A DNA stretch of 32,657 nt. Origin: Octopus sinensis. Taxonomy: Eukaryota. Both the position numbers and the translations under genes were made by a program. The number at the start of each line of letters is the position of its first letter. The stretch's first letter is position 1. The notes beneath the pieces were generated by a model, which saw nothing but the letters and a program-made list of their open reading frames with translations, was not told the DNA's origin and searched no databases. Below, piece by piece: positions 23,290-32,657 of the stretch. The stretch is taken from assembly GCF_006345805.1 (NCBI RefSeq), contig NW_021832215.1:1-32657 (forward strand). Direction: 5' to 3'.

Positions 23290-24551
23290 GGGCAAAAATG
23301 TCTCGCATGCAATCAAAAAGATATGTGCTGTGTACGGTGAAGATGCTTTAGCTGACAGAGTTGTACAGAAGTGGTTCGCTAAGTTTAGAGTTGGTGATTG
23401 TAGCCTTATCGATGAAGAACGCTCAGGCAGACCCCCACCACTTCAGATGACGACCAAATCAAGACACACAACACGGGAATTGGCAGAAACATTAAATTTA
23501 TCAAAATCCACCATTCATGAGCACTTAATGAAGCTTGGGTACTCAAATCACTAAGATGTTTGGGCACCACATGATCTGAGGGAAAAGAATCTTTTGGATC
23601 ACATTTCTATCTGTGATTTGCTGTATAAACACAATGAAAATACACCCTTTTTGAAGCAAATTGTGACAGATGATGAAAAATGGAACCTTTACAACAATGT
23701 TCAGTGAAAAAAATCCTGGGGTAAGCGACCTGAGCCATCTTTAGCCATCCCAAAAGCAGGTCTTCATCTTAAGAAAGTTAGGCTCTGCATCTGGTGGGAT
23801 TTGAAAGGAACCCTCTACTATGAGCTTCTACCAAGTAATCAATTAACCCTTTCGTTACTGTATTTCTGTTGAGATGCTCTGAGTTTCTTTCAATTAATTT
23901 TAAATATAACAAAGAATTTAGTAAAATAACTTAGTTATCATTAAGCTGGTGTTAGGAACATAAATTGTGACTAAGGTTTGGTGGAAGATTTTAATTCAAA
24001 ACTTATGAAAACAAGACATTTGTAGTCAGATCCAGAGCCGGTTTCAGCCGGTTTGGTATCGAAAGGGTTAAGTCTGAGAAGGACTGCTTGAAACTGGATG
24101 ATTTAAAGGCATCAATTGAAGAAAAATACACAGAATTGGCGAACAGGAAAGGTGTTGTTTTCCATCAGGATAATGCCAGATCTCATGTTTCTTTGGTGGC
24201 CCATCAAAAATTGTTGCAGCTTGGCTGGGATGCGTTACCCCACCTGCCATATTCACCAGACATTGCCCCTTTGGATTTCATTTATCCAGGTCCTTGCAAA
24301 ATAATCTGCATGGCAAAAATTTTAATTCTTTGGAGGACATAAAAAAAAACCCCACCTTAATGAGTTCTTTACCCAGAAACCACTGAAATTCTGTGAAGAC
24401 GGAATCTTTAAGTTTAAGGAAAGATGGAGGAAAGTTGTGCAACAAAATGGTTCATATTTATTGTAGTTGAATAAATATTTGGTAGTACAATTTTGATTTG
24501 TCTTTTAATTTCACCTTAAAAATTGGCATGAACTTTTCAGACAACCCAATA
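23290..24551 (+). mobile_element. Degenerate mariner (DD34D) transposon, 5'-truncated, with right TIR
   Basis: Reading segments VYGEDALADRVVQKWFAKFRVGDCSLIDEERSGRP, IVTDDEKW, FHQDNARSH and PYSPDIAPLDF, with stops and frameshifts. Terminal gaacttttcagacaacccaata followed by TA. Confidence 0.92.
23843..24071 (-). mobile_element. Monomeric 221-bp piggyBac-type MITE with TTAA target-site duplication, inserted in a mariner
   Basis: ttaa-ccctttcgttac ... gtatcgaaaggg-ttaa. It interrupts the mariner reading between YELLPSNQ and SEKDC. Confidence 0.9.
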
Positions 24552-24613
24552 TATATATATACACACATACACACACACACACACATATATGTATATATAT
24601 ATACACACACACA

Positions 24614-24658
<45 letters not shown>

Positions 24659-25010
24659 TATTACACACACACATACACACATATATGTATATATATATAT
24701 ACATATATATATATACACACACATACACACATATATGTATATATATATACAATATATATATATATATATATATATAATATACTATATATATATACACACA
24801 TATATGTAATATGTATATATATATACATATATATAATATATATACACACACATGCACACATATATATATATATATATGGATTTGGTAGACGGAAACTGAA
24901 AGGAGCCCGTCATATATATATATATGTGTGTGTGTGTTTATATATATATATATATATAAACACACAGACACACAAACATATACACACACAGATACATATA
25001 TATATATATT
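24552..25010. repeat. (TA)/(CA) compound microsatellite
   Basis: Read directly from the sequence. Confidence 0.95.
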
Positions 25011-25011
25011 C

Positions 25012-25171
25012 GACAGGCTTCTTTCAGTTTCCATCAACCAAATCCATTCACAAGGCTTTGGTTGGCCCAAAACTATTGTAGAAGACACCTGCCCATGGTG
25101 CCATGCAGTGGGACTGAACCCAGAATCCTGTGGTTGGTAAGCAACCTACTTACCACACAGCCACTCCTGCA
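25012..25171 (-). mobile_element. Family-A SINE head, head-to-head with the copy at 25249
   Basis: Reverse complement of the head; separated from the next head by ~80 nt. Confidence 0.8.
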
Positions 25172-25248
25172 CCTATAAGCATATATGTATTTGTATGTGA
25201 TATGTATACAAGTATGTATGTTTCCATGTGCTGTATGTGTGTATACAT

Positions 25249-25862
25249 AGGCGCAAGAGTGGTTGTGTGGTAAGTAGCTTGCTAACCAACCACATGGTTC
25301 TGGGTTCAGTCCCACTGCGTGGCATCTTGGGCAAGTGTCTTCTGCTATAGCCCTGGGCCGACCAATGCCTTGTGAGTGGATTTGGTAGACGGAAACTGAA
25401 AGAAGCCCGTCGTATATATGTATATATATATATGCATGTGTGCGTTTGTCCCCCTAGCATTGCTTGACAACCGATGCTGGTGTGTTTACGTCCCCCGTCA
25501 CTTAGCGGTTCGGCAAAAGAGACCGATAGAATAAGTACTATGCTTACAAAAGAATAAGTCCTGGGGGGGTCGATTTGCTCGATTAAAGGGGGTGCTCCAG
25601 CATGGCCGCAGTCAAATGACTGAAACAAGTAAAAGAGTGTCTGTGTTGTGCCCCCCCCCCCGCCCCCGCTCAACATCGCTTGACAACCGATGCTGGTGTG
25701 TTTATCCCCGTCACTTAGCGGTTCGGCAAAAGAGACCGATAGAATAAGTACTGGGCTTACAAAAGAATAAGTCTCGGGGGGGGGGGGGTCGATTTGCTCG
25801 ACTAAAGGCGGTGCTCCAGCATGGCCGCAGTCAAATGACTGAAACAAGTAAAAAAGAGTAAA
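25249..25862 (+). mobile_element. Family-A SINE with duplicated 3' body
   Basis: Head plus two bodies joined at aagtaaaagag|tgtctgtgttgtgcccccc. Confidence 0.85.
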
Positions 25863-26221
25863 AAAAAAAAAAAAGATATGTATTTGAACATGGTGAGCAT
25901 ATGGTATGTCTGTTTTATGTAGATGTGTGTGTGTCTATGTAGTTAAGTTTCCTGGTGTACCGAGTGACCTACTTTAAAGACAATGCATTATCAATGAAAT
26001 CGGTCCAGGGGCCTCAACCTATAAAGTGAACCCTATCAGACCACTTCTAAAGTTCAATGAGTGAGACCAATGAAAGATAGGCTAATCTCACACAATCACA
26101 CATTTGTACTTCTGCCTGCTGGGGTTTCTGGGATAACGACAGGGCTACTTGTGAAGGTGAAGGTAACCAGTTCAAATCCCATTAATATCCACTTTCATTC
26201 CTCTATGTGTATACTCTCTCT

Positions 26222-26741
26222 ACCTCTTTTACTTGTTTCAGCCATGTGACTGTGGCCATGCTGGAGCACCGCCTTTTAATCGAGCAAATCGACCCCCCCC
26301 CCAGGACTTATTCTTTGTAAGCCTAGTACTTATTCTATCGGTCTCTTTTTGCCGAACTGCTAAGTCACAGGGACGTAAACACACCAGCATCGGTTGTCAA
26401 GCGATGTTGAGCGGGGGCGGGGGGGGGGGCACAAACACAGACACTCTTTTACTTGTTTCAGTCATTTGACTGCGGCCATGCTGGAGCACCGCCTTTTAAT
26501 CGAGCAAATCGACCCCAGGACTTATTCTTTGTAAGCATAGTACTTATTCTATCGGTCTCTTTTGCCGAACCGCTAAGTGACGGGGACGTAAACACACCAG
26601 CATCGGTTGTCAAGTGATGCTATGGGTACAAACACAGACACACAAACATATACACACACGTACATATATATATACATATATACGACAGGCTTCTTTCAGT
26701 TTCCGTCTACCAAATCCACTCACAAGGCATTGGTCGGCCCG
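26222..26741 (-). mobile_element. Inverted copy of the double-body family-A SINE, head truncated
   Basis: Same junction and same variants as 25355-25862. Confidence 0.85.
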
Positions 26742-26845
26742 TGGTAGTATTAATGCTTCATATCAGGTTACCTTAAGTATGTTTATTACTGTTATTATTA
26801 CCCCTCCCCGCAATATTGCTACTTCCCCTACTCTTATTATTATTA

Positions 26846-27236
26846 TTCTTTTACTTGTTTTAGCCATTTGACTGTGGCCATGCTGGAGCACCACCTTTTA
26901 GTCGAGCAAATCGACCCCCAAGACTTATTCTTTGTAAGACCAGTACTTATTCTATCGGTCTCTTTTGCCAAACCACTAAGTTACGGGGACGTAAACACAC
27001 CAGCATCGGTTGTCAAGAGATGTTGAGGGGGGGGGCACAAACACAGACACATAAACATATACATACACATATACGACGGGCTTCTTTCAGTTTCTGTCTA
27101 CCAAATCCACTCACAAGGCTTTGGTCGGCCCGAGGCTATAGTAGAAGATATTTGCCCAAAGTGCCACGCAGTGGGACTGAACCTGGAACCATGTGGTTCG
27201 TAAGCAGGCTACTTACCACACAGCCACTACTATGCC
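26846..27236 (-). mobile_element. Family-A SINE, full length
   Basis: Reverse complement of head and body. Confidence 0.85.
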
Positions 27237-27237
27237 T

Positions 27238-27912
27238 ATCATCATCATCATTGTTGTTCAACGTCCGCTTTCCATGCTGGCATGGGTTGGACGGTTTGAC
27301 AGAGGACTAGCAAGCCAGAAGCTGTACCAGTCTCCAATCTGATCTGGCAAGGTTTCTACAGCTGGATGCCCTTCCTAATGCCAACCACTCCAAGAGTGTA
27401 GTGAGGGCTTTTTATGTGCCACTGGCATGGGAGCCAGTCAGGTGGCACAAGCAACGACCATGTTCAAATGGTGCTTTTCGTGTACCACCGGCATGGGAGC
27501 CAATCAACAGGTTTTCTCAAGCACAATTTATTGCCCATTGACTGAAGGGTACTCTTAAAGGGACCAGTTATGTGACACTAGCATAGCCCACAGTTATGGT
27601 CTCATTTGGCTTGCTGGGTCTTCTCAAGCACAGAATATTTCTAAAAGGTCTCAGTTGCTTGTCATCGCTTCTGTGAGGCCCAATGTTCAAAGGTCATACT
27701 TCACCACCTCATCCCAGGTCTTTCTGGGCCTACCTCTTCCACAGGTTCTCTCTACTGTTAGGGTGTGACACTTCTTCACACAGCTGTCCTTATCCATACG
27801 CAACACATGACCATGTCAGCGCAGTCGTCTCTCTTGCACACCATGCTTCTTATGTCCAACTTTTCTCTCAGGGCACTCACAGTCTCTCGTCTATGCACAC
27901 TGACATTACACA
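27238..27912 (-). mobile_element. RTE-clade LINE 3' end plus 3'UTR with (GAT)n tail
   Basis: Minus-strand translation gives RRLR*HGHVLRMDKDSC...GRGRPRKTWDEVVK, then the ggatgcccttcct-containing region ending in GAT repeats. Confidence 0.8.
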
Positions 27913-27920
27913 TCAGGCGG

Positions 27921-28331
27921 AGCTTCATTTACTCTTTACTCTTTTACTTGTTTCAGTCATTTGACTGCGGCCATGCTGGAGCACCGCCTATAGTCGAGCA
28001 ACTCGACCCCGGGACTTATTCTTTTTGTAAGCCCAGTACTTATTCTATCGATCTCTTTTGCCAAACCGCTAAGTAACGGGGACATAAACACACCAGCATC
28101 GGTTGTCAAGCAATTCTAGGGGGACAAACACAGACACACACGCATATATATGTATACATATATACAACGGGCTTCTTTTCAGTTTCCATCTACCATATCC
28201 ACTCACAAGGCTTTGGTCGGCCCGAGGCTATAGTAGAAGACACTTGCCCAAGGTGCCATGCAGTGGGACTGAACCCAGAACAATGACCATGTGGTTGGTA
28301 AACAAGCTACTTACCACACAGCCACTCCTGC
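27921..28331 (-). mobile_element. Family-A SINE, full length
   Basis: Reverse complement of head and body. Confidence 0.85.
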
Positions 28332-28755
28332 ACCTCATTATCATTTATTTAAAATCCATTTTCCATGCTGGCATGGATTGGCTAATTTGAGAGGAGCTGG
28401 CAAGCTGAAGGGCTTCCCCTTTGTGTGGACTTTTGATGAAGATGTGTGTGTGTGTGCATGTGTGAAAGTGTGTGTGTGGTGTGCGTGTGTATGCGTGTGC
28501 ATGTGTGTGTGTGTGTGCACAAATATGTATGCATGTGTATCTTGGTTACACCCACCATCCACCTGAGAACCAGTGTTGGCTTGTTTACATTCCTGTAATT
28601 CAACAGTTTGGCAAGAGATACCAGTAGAACAAATACTAATGAGTAGTGGGGTTGATTTGTTTGATAAAACTGTTCAAAGCATTGCTCCAGCAGGGCCACA
28701 GTCCGCTGACTGAAAGAAGCAAGAAATAAGATAGTTGTAAATGGTGTTTACTTAC

Positions 28756-28938
28756 TTGTTGAAGAATTTTGGTCTGCTTCTCTGTTAACTGTAATAATGA
28801 AGGTGACGATAAAGATGAATATGATGATAATGATGATCCTGACTGAAGAGAAGAAACCGGTTGTGTTTCTCCGCTCTCAGTTACATCACTACTACCACCA
28901 TCTCCACTTTCATCATCAACACTGTTTTCACACTTCAT
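28756..28938 (-). CDS. SEC14L2: SEC14L2-like gene, first coding exon (61 aa: MKCENSVDDESG...LQLTEKQTKILQQ)
   Basis: ATG at 28938 is preceded by an in-frame TAA (28944-28942). The exon ends CAA|gtaagt (phase 0). LTEKQTKILQQ joined to the next exon's FREKLKDVL resembles the SEC14L2 LSPxQxEALAK|FRENVQDVL junction. Confidence 0.8.
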
Positions 28939-29082
28939 CTGTTACCTTTGCAATCAGCTGTTACAACTGACATCACCACCACCACCACCACTTCCACAGT
29001 TAACAAGTTAACAGCAACACCACCAACAGCAATAAGGTTATTTCTCTATGTCCAGAATGTGCCAGATGGAAGGAGCGCAATC
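28939..29082 (-). other. Putative 5'UTR part of the first coding exon, implying an upstream non-coding exon
   Basis: Strong polypyrimidine tract and acceptor (ttttgtttgttctttgtttcttgtag|G at 29082). All three frames between 29082 and the ATG contain stops. Confidence 0.5.
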
Positions 29083-29240
29083 CTACAAGAAACAAAGAAC
29101 AAACAAAACAGTAATTTTCAAGGCAATGCTACAGTATGGTTGCAGTCCAGGGACTGAAACAAGTAAAAAAATAAATTTCATGTAACTTGCTAGAAATAGC
29201 AGATAAAAATGTACGTGTATGTATATATATATATATATAT

Positions 29241-29277
<37 letters not shown>

Positions 29278-29279
<2 letters not shown>

Positions 29280-29615
29280 GAGACCCCCTTTGGTCACAAA
29301 TGACCATGGGATTGCACCTAGAAAGTTACCCTCCGAGGCACAAGTCAGGGCAAGACTGTTTGTGGAAGGCTAGCAGTCCCCCATGCATACCAGCCTCCTT
29401 TCTCCATACCATTGATATTATCCAAGGGAAAGGCAAAGGGGCCGATACAGCTTGGCACCAGTGACGTCGCAACTCATTTCTACAGCTGAGTTAACTGGAG
29501 CAACGTGAAATAAAGTGTCTTGCTCAAGAACTCAACATGCAGCCCAGTCCGGGATTCAAACTCACAACCTCATGATCATAAGATCAACGGTCTAACCACT
29601 GAGTCATGCACCTTC
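29278..29615 (-). mobile_element. tRNA-CORE-type SINE (related heads at 843-944 minus and 11993-12290 plus)
   Basis: Reverse complement reads ggtgcatgactcagtggttag...gagtttgaatccc...ttcttgagcaagacactttatttcacgttgctc. Confidence 0.7.
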
Positions 29616-29652
29616 ACATATATATATACATATATATAGGCACATATATATA

Positions 29653-30053
29653 GGCGCAGAAGTGGCTGTGTGGTAAGTAGCTTGCTAACTAACCACATGG
29701 TTCCGGGTTCAGTCCCACTGCGTGGCATCTTGGGCAAGTGTCTTCTGCTATAGCCCTGGGCCGACCAATGCCTTGTGAGTGGATTTAGTAGACGGAAACT
29801 GAAAGAAGCCTGTCGTATATATGTATATATATATATGTGTGTGTTTGTGTGTCTGTGTTTGTCCCCCCAACATCACTTGACAACCGATGCTGGTATATTT
29901 AAGTCCCCGTTACTTAGCGGTTCGGCAAAAGAGACTGATATAGTATAAGTACTAGGCTTACAAAGAATAAGTCCTGGGGTCGATTTGCTCGACTAAAAGG
30001 CGGTGCTCCAGCATGGCCGCAGTCAAATGACTGAAACAAATAAAAGAGTAAAG
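29653..30053 (+). mobile_element. Family-A SINE, full length
   Basis: ggcgcagaagtggctgtgtggtaag...aaataaaagagtaaagag. Confidence 0.85.
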
Positions 30054-30345
30054 AGGAAACAGCGAGAGTGAGTTGAGGAAGACAGATACGTTAAATAACG
30101 GGAGTGGACTTGTCAAAGTTATAAATGAAGGGGAGTTAGGGGGGAATGGAGGAAATAGTGTGAGTGAGGAAGATGGCCCCTAGCAACCACACCTTTTAAG
30201 ATAGGGATTTCTAAGGTAGCCCACGGGCATCGTCACCTAATTCTACATGTCCCTGTAAATTTTGGAGCAAATCGGACGGGACGTAGTGGCATTGAAAGCG
30301 ATCCAAGCGGTAAAAACGCATTTCAGTTTATAGAGATGTACATAT

Positions 30346-30530
30346 TTGTGTCGCTTGACAACCGACATTGGTGTGTCTACGTACCCGCAACTTAACAGCT
30401 CAGCAAAAGAGACTGATAGAATAAGTAGCAGACTTACAAAGAATAGGTCCTGGGGTTGATTTGTTCGACTAAAGGCAGTGCTCCAGCATGGCTGCAGTCA
30501 AATGACAATAACAAGTAAACGAATAAAAGA
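30346..30530 (+). mobile_element. Family-A SINE body, diverged (similar relics at ~6683-6778, 8600-8850 and 28560-28715 minus)
   Basis: cgcttgacaaccgac...ctccagcatggctgcagtcaaatgac. Confidence 0.7.
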
Positions 30531-30673
30531 ATCTAGGTCAAATCAAAGAGGATCTTAGAAAAATGGCACATGATATGAAATTAAATCTAAAAACTCAACG
30601 TAGAATATTCTCTATAGCTTTTTCATGCTCTGTAGGAGTGTCTCACTTCCTAATATATATTTATACACCATGC

Positions 30674-31061
30674 TGTAGAGGCGCAATGGCCCAGTGGTTA
30701 GGGCAGCGGACTCGCGGTCGTAGGATCGTGGTTTCGATTCCCAGACCGGGCGTTGTGAGTGTTTATTGAGCGAAAACACCTAAAGCTCCACGAGGCTCCG
30801 GCAGGGGATGGTGGTGATCCCTGCTGTACTCTTTCACCACAACTTTCTCTCACTCTTACTTCCTGTTTCTCTTGTACCTGTATTTCAAAGGGCCGGCCTT
30901 GTCACTCTCTGTGTCACGCTGAATATATCCCGAGACTACGTTAAGGGTGCACGTGTCTGTGAGTGCTCAGCCACTTACACGTTAATTTCACGAGCAGGCT
31001 GTTCCGTTGATTCGGATCAACCGGAACCCTCGTCGTCGTAACCGACGGAGTGCTTCCATCC
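30674..31061 (+). mobile_element. Third tRNA-derived SINE, full length and CpG-rich; 11-bp TSD
   Basis: A box (tggcccagtgg) and B box (ggtttcgattcc). atacaccatgc at 30663-30673 and 31062-31072. Confidence 0.8.
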
Positions 31062-31444
31062 ATACACCATGCAGTTAAAGAGAAGAGACTGATTAAATTA
31101 GTCACTGCTCATTTTATCCCATTTTAGACATCACTTTGTGAAAATTGGAAATCATCAAGTCAGACATCAGTGTGGGGAAAAAAAAGGAAGAAACTGACTT
31201 AGAATCTAAGAGAGGAAAGAACATTGATTGGTAAACACCAGGAATTGTCCAGATCTTTTATATAGCAATCTCAATCAGAATTGGGTCAAAGTTGAAGAAA
31301 AATTTCTTGGAAAAAGAGGACCTGTCACCTGACTATGTTTCAGGATTCCTCAACTTCAACAAAAACAACAAGTATTCTTCCTTCCTTCCTTCTTTCTTTC
31401 CTTTCCTGAGCATCCAATAACACTATACTTGCTCCACGTCCTTG

Positions 31445-31657
31445 CGTTATTTACATCAAAAAGGTGCTTTTTTCTATGAAAATTCCAATTTTTTACGATT
31501 TTTTCACTGCTGTGTCGCCACTTTTCGGTGTATTTCAACCACAAAAATGTTCACTTGAAGAGAATAACAAGCTACATAATGCAAAATATTTACTTTTCAA
31601 AAATTCCAATTCCAGCAGGTCGAAACAAACCCGAGGAATGCCGGGCAATACTGCTAG
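31445..31657 (+). mobile_element. 3' portion of a Helitron-like element related to 6054-6668
   Basis: Shares ttatttacatcaaaaaggtgct...ttcaaaaattccaattc with that copy; ends cccgaggaatgccgggcaatactgCTAG|T. Confidence 0.75.
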
Positions 31658-31735
31658 TATATATATATATATATATAATTGCATATGTATATGTGTGTGT
31701 ATACATATGTTTGTATATGTGCATATATATATATA

Positions 31736-32657
31736 CAGGGGCTGGACAAAATAATTGGTACAGAAAAAATTTAACTCCAATATTTCAATGAGCCATTATA
31801 TTACGAATATCAATATAAATTTCTCTGTGTTTTTTTTCTTTATTGTAGATGGTTTTATCTATCTAATTTAATTATTTCTATCTCTTTTTCAGATCGTAGT
31901 ATAAATTAAGCTAAGATGTGTGACCTCACTGAGTTCGAAAAAGAGCAAATTATTGGAGCTCAAATGTCAGGAGTTTCCATCAGCGGAACAGCTGAACTCA
32001 TGGGTTTTTCAAGAGCCACCAAATCAAGGACCATAAATGAATTTGAGAAGCAGGGCAAAACCTCCAGCAGGAGGAGTAAGTCCGGGAGGACTTTGAAACT
32101 CACCAGATAACTGCCCCTAAAGTGATTACAGAGATGAATCAGCATCTGTCTAGACCAGTTTTTGACCACAACTGTTTGCTGTGAGCTCAATAAAGCTGGA
32201 TATCCTGGAAGAGCCGCCATCAGGAAACCTCTGCTTCCTCATCAAAACATTCAGAAAAGGCTGAACTGGTGTAGAGATCACAAGGGCTGGTCAAAAGACC
32301 AATGGAAGCAAGTAATATTCCAACAAGTTCAGTCTTTCTCTTTTCCCCACTGCAGGGTGAGTTTATGTGTGGAGGCAGCCCGGGGAAGCTTTTAATACTG
32401 ACTGCCTTCTTCCTACAATGAAGCATGGAGGAGGGCCTGTGAGGCTTTTGATAGCCATTTCTTGGAATTCTCTTGGTCCAATCTTTGCCCTGCATGGTAG
32501 GATCAACAGCAATGATTATCTGAATATTTTGGGAAATCATGTCCTTCCCATGGTCCAGACATAGTGAATGCAACTTCCAAGTTGACAATGCTCCAACACA
32601 CATCTCTCATGTGGTTAAGAATTGGTATAAAGAGCATAGTAGTGAGCCACAACACAT
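31736..32657 (+). mobile_element. Degenerate Tc1-like transposon (left TIR plus disrupted transposase), running off the window
   Basis: TA|CAGGGGCTGGACAAAATAATT terminus. Reading segments MCDLTEFEKEQIIGA...SGR, RAAIRKPLL, WSKDQWKQVIF, KHGGG and FQVDNAPTH, with stops and frameshifts. Confidence 0.9.

Noticed and set aside
271-25088. Many long ORFs rich in Y/I/M/C/V/T/H or poly-I/poly-L (e.g. 2033-2824, 11251-12102, 24537-25088)
   Set aside because: They are translations of (TA)n, (CA)n and (ATT)n microsatellites, which lack stops by construction.
28636-28755. 3' part of the 100-aa ORF 28636-28938
   Set aside because: It lies beyond the gtaagt donor at 28755 and runs into a diverged SINE; intronic read-through.
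30678-30752. tRNA-like sequence with A and B boxes (also other SINE heads)
   Set aside because: I could not form a proper acceptor stem. It continues into a SINE body flanked by a TSD.
31916-32657. Active or domesticated Tc1 transposase (likewise the mariner at 23290-24551)
   Set aside because: Multiple stops, frameshifts and deletions make them relics.

Overview
AT-rich, repeat-saturated eukaryotic DNA, most likely an octopus or other coleoid cephalopod (inferred from the SINE families and microsatellite density, not proven). The only host gene I can support is a minus-strand SEC14L2-like (CRAL-TRIO) lipid-binding protein gene. Seven coding exons (28938-28756, 13458-13389, 12872-12829, 11294-11138, 7099-7005, 3023-2948, 198-118) have GT/AG boundaries and join in frame to 235 codons. 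The gene continues beyond position 1. Its introns contain at least three kinds of tRNA-derived SINE, CR1/L2 and RTE LINE 3' remnants, mariner and Tc1 relics, non-autonomous Helitrons and a TTAA/piggyBac-type MITE. The most unusual structures are: (i) the MITE as 5-mer and 3-mer tandem arrays sharing a fixed spacer, with different inner and outer TIR variants; (ii) several nested inverted duplications in the 15-kb first coding intron; (iii) a near-perfect 943-bp tandem duplication; (iv) a ~150-bp spacerless palindrome; (v) an acidic/Ser-rich N-terminal extension, with a uORF overlapping the start codon. Most ORFs in the supplied track are microsatellite or SINE artefacts. I see no clear new multi-gene system. 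Repeat coordinates are approximate unless junction motifs are quoted.
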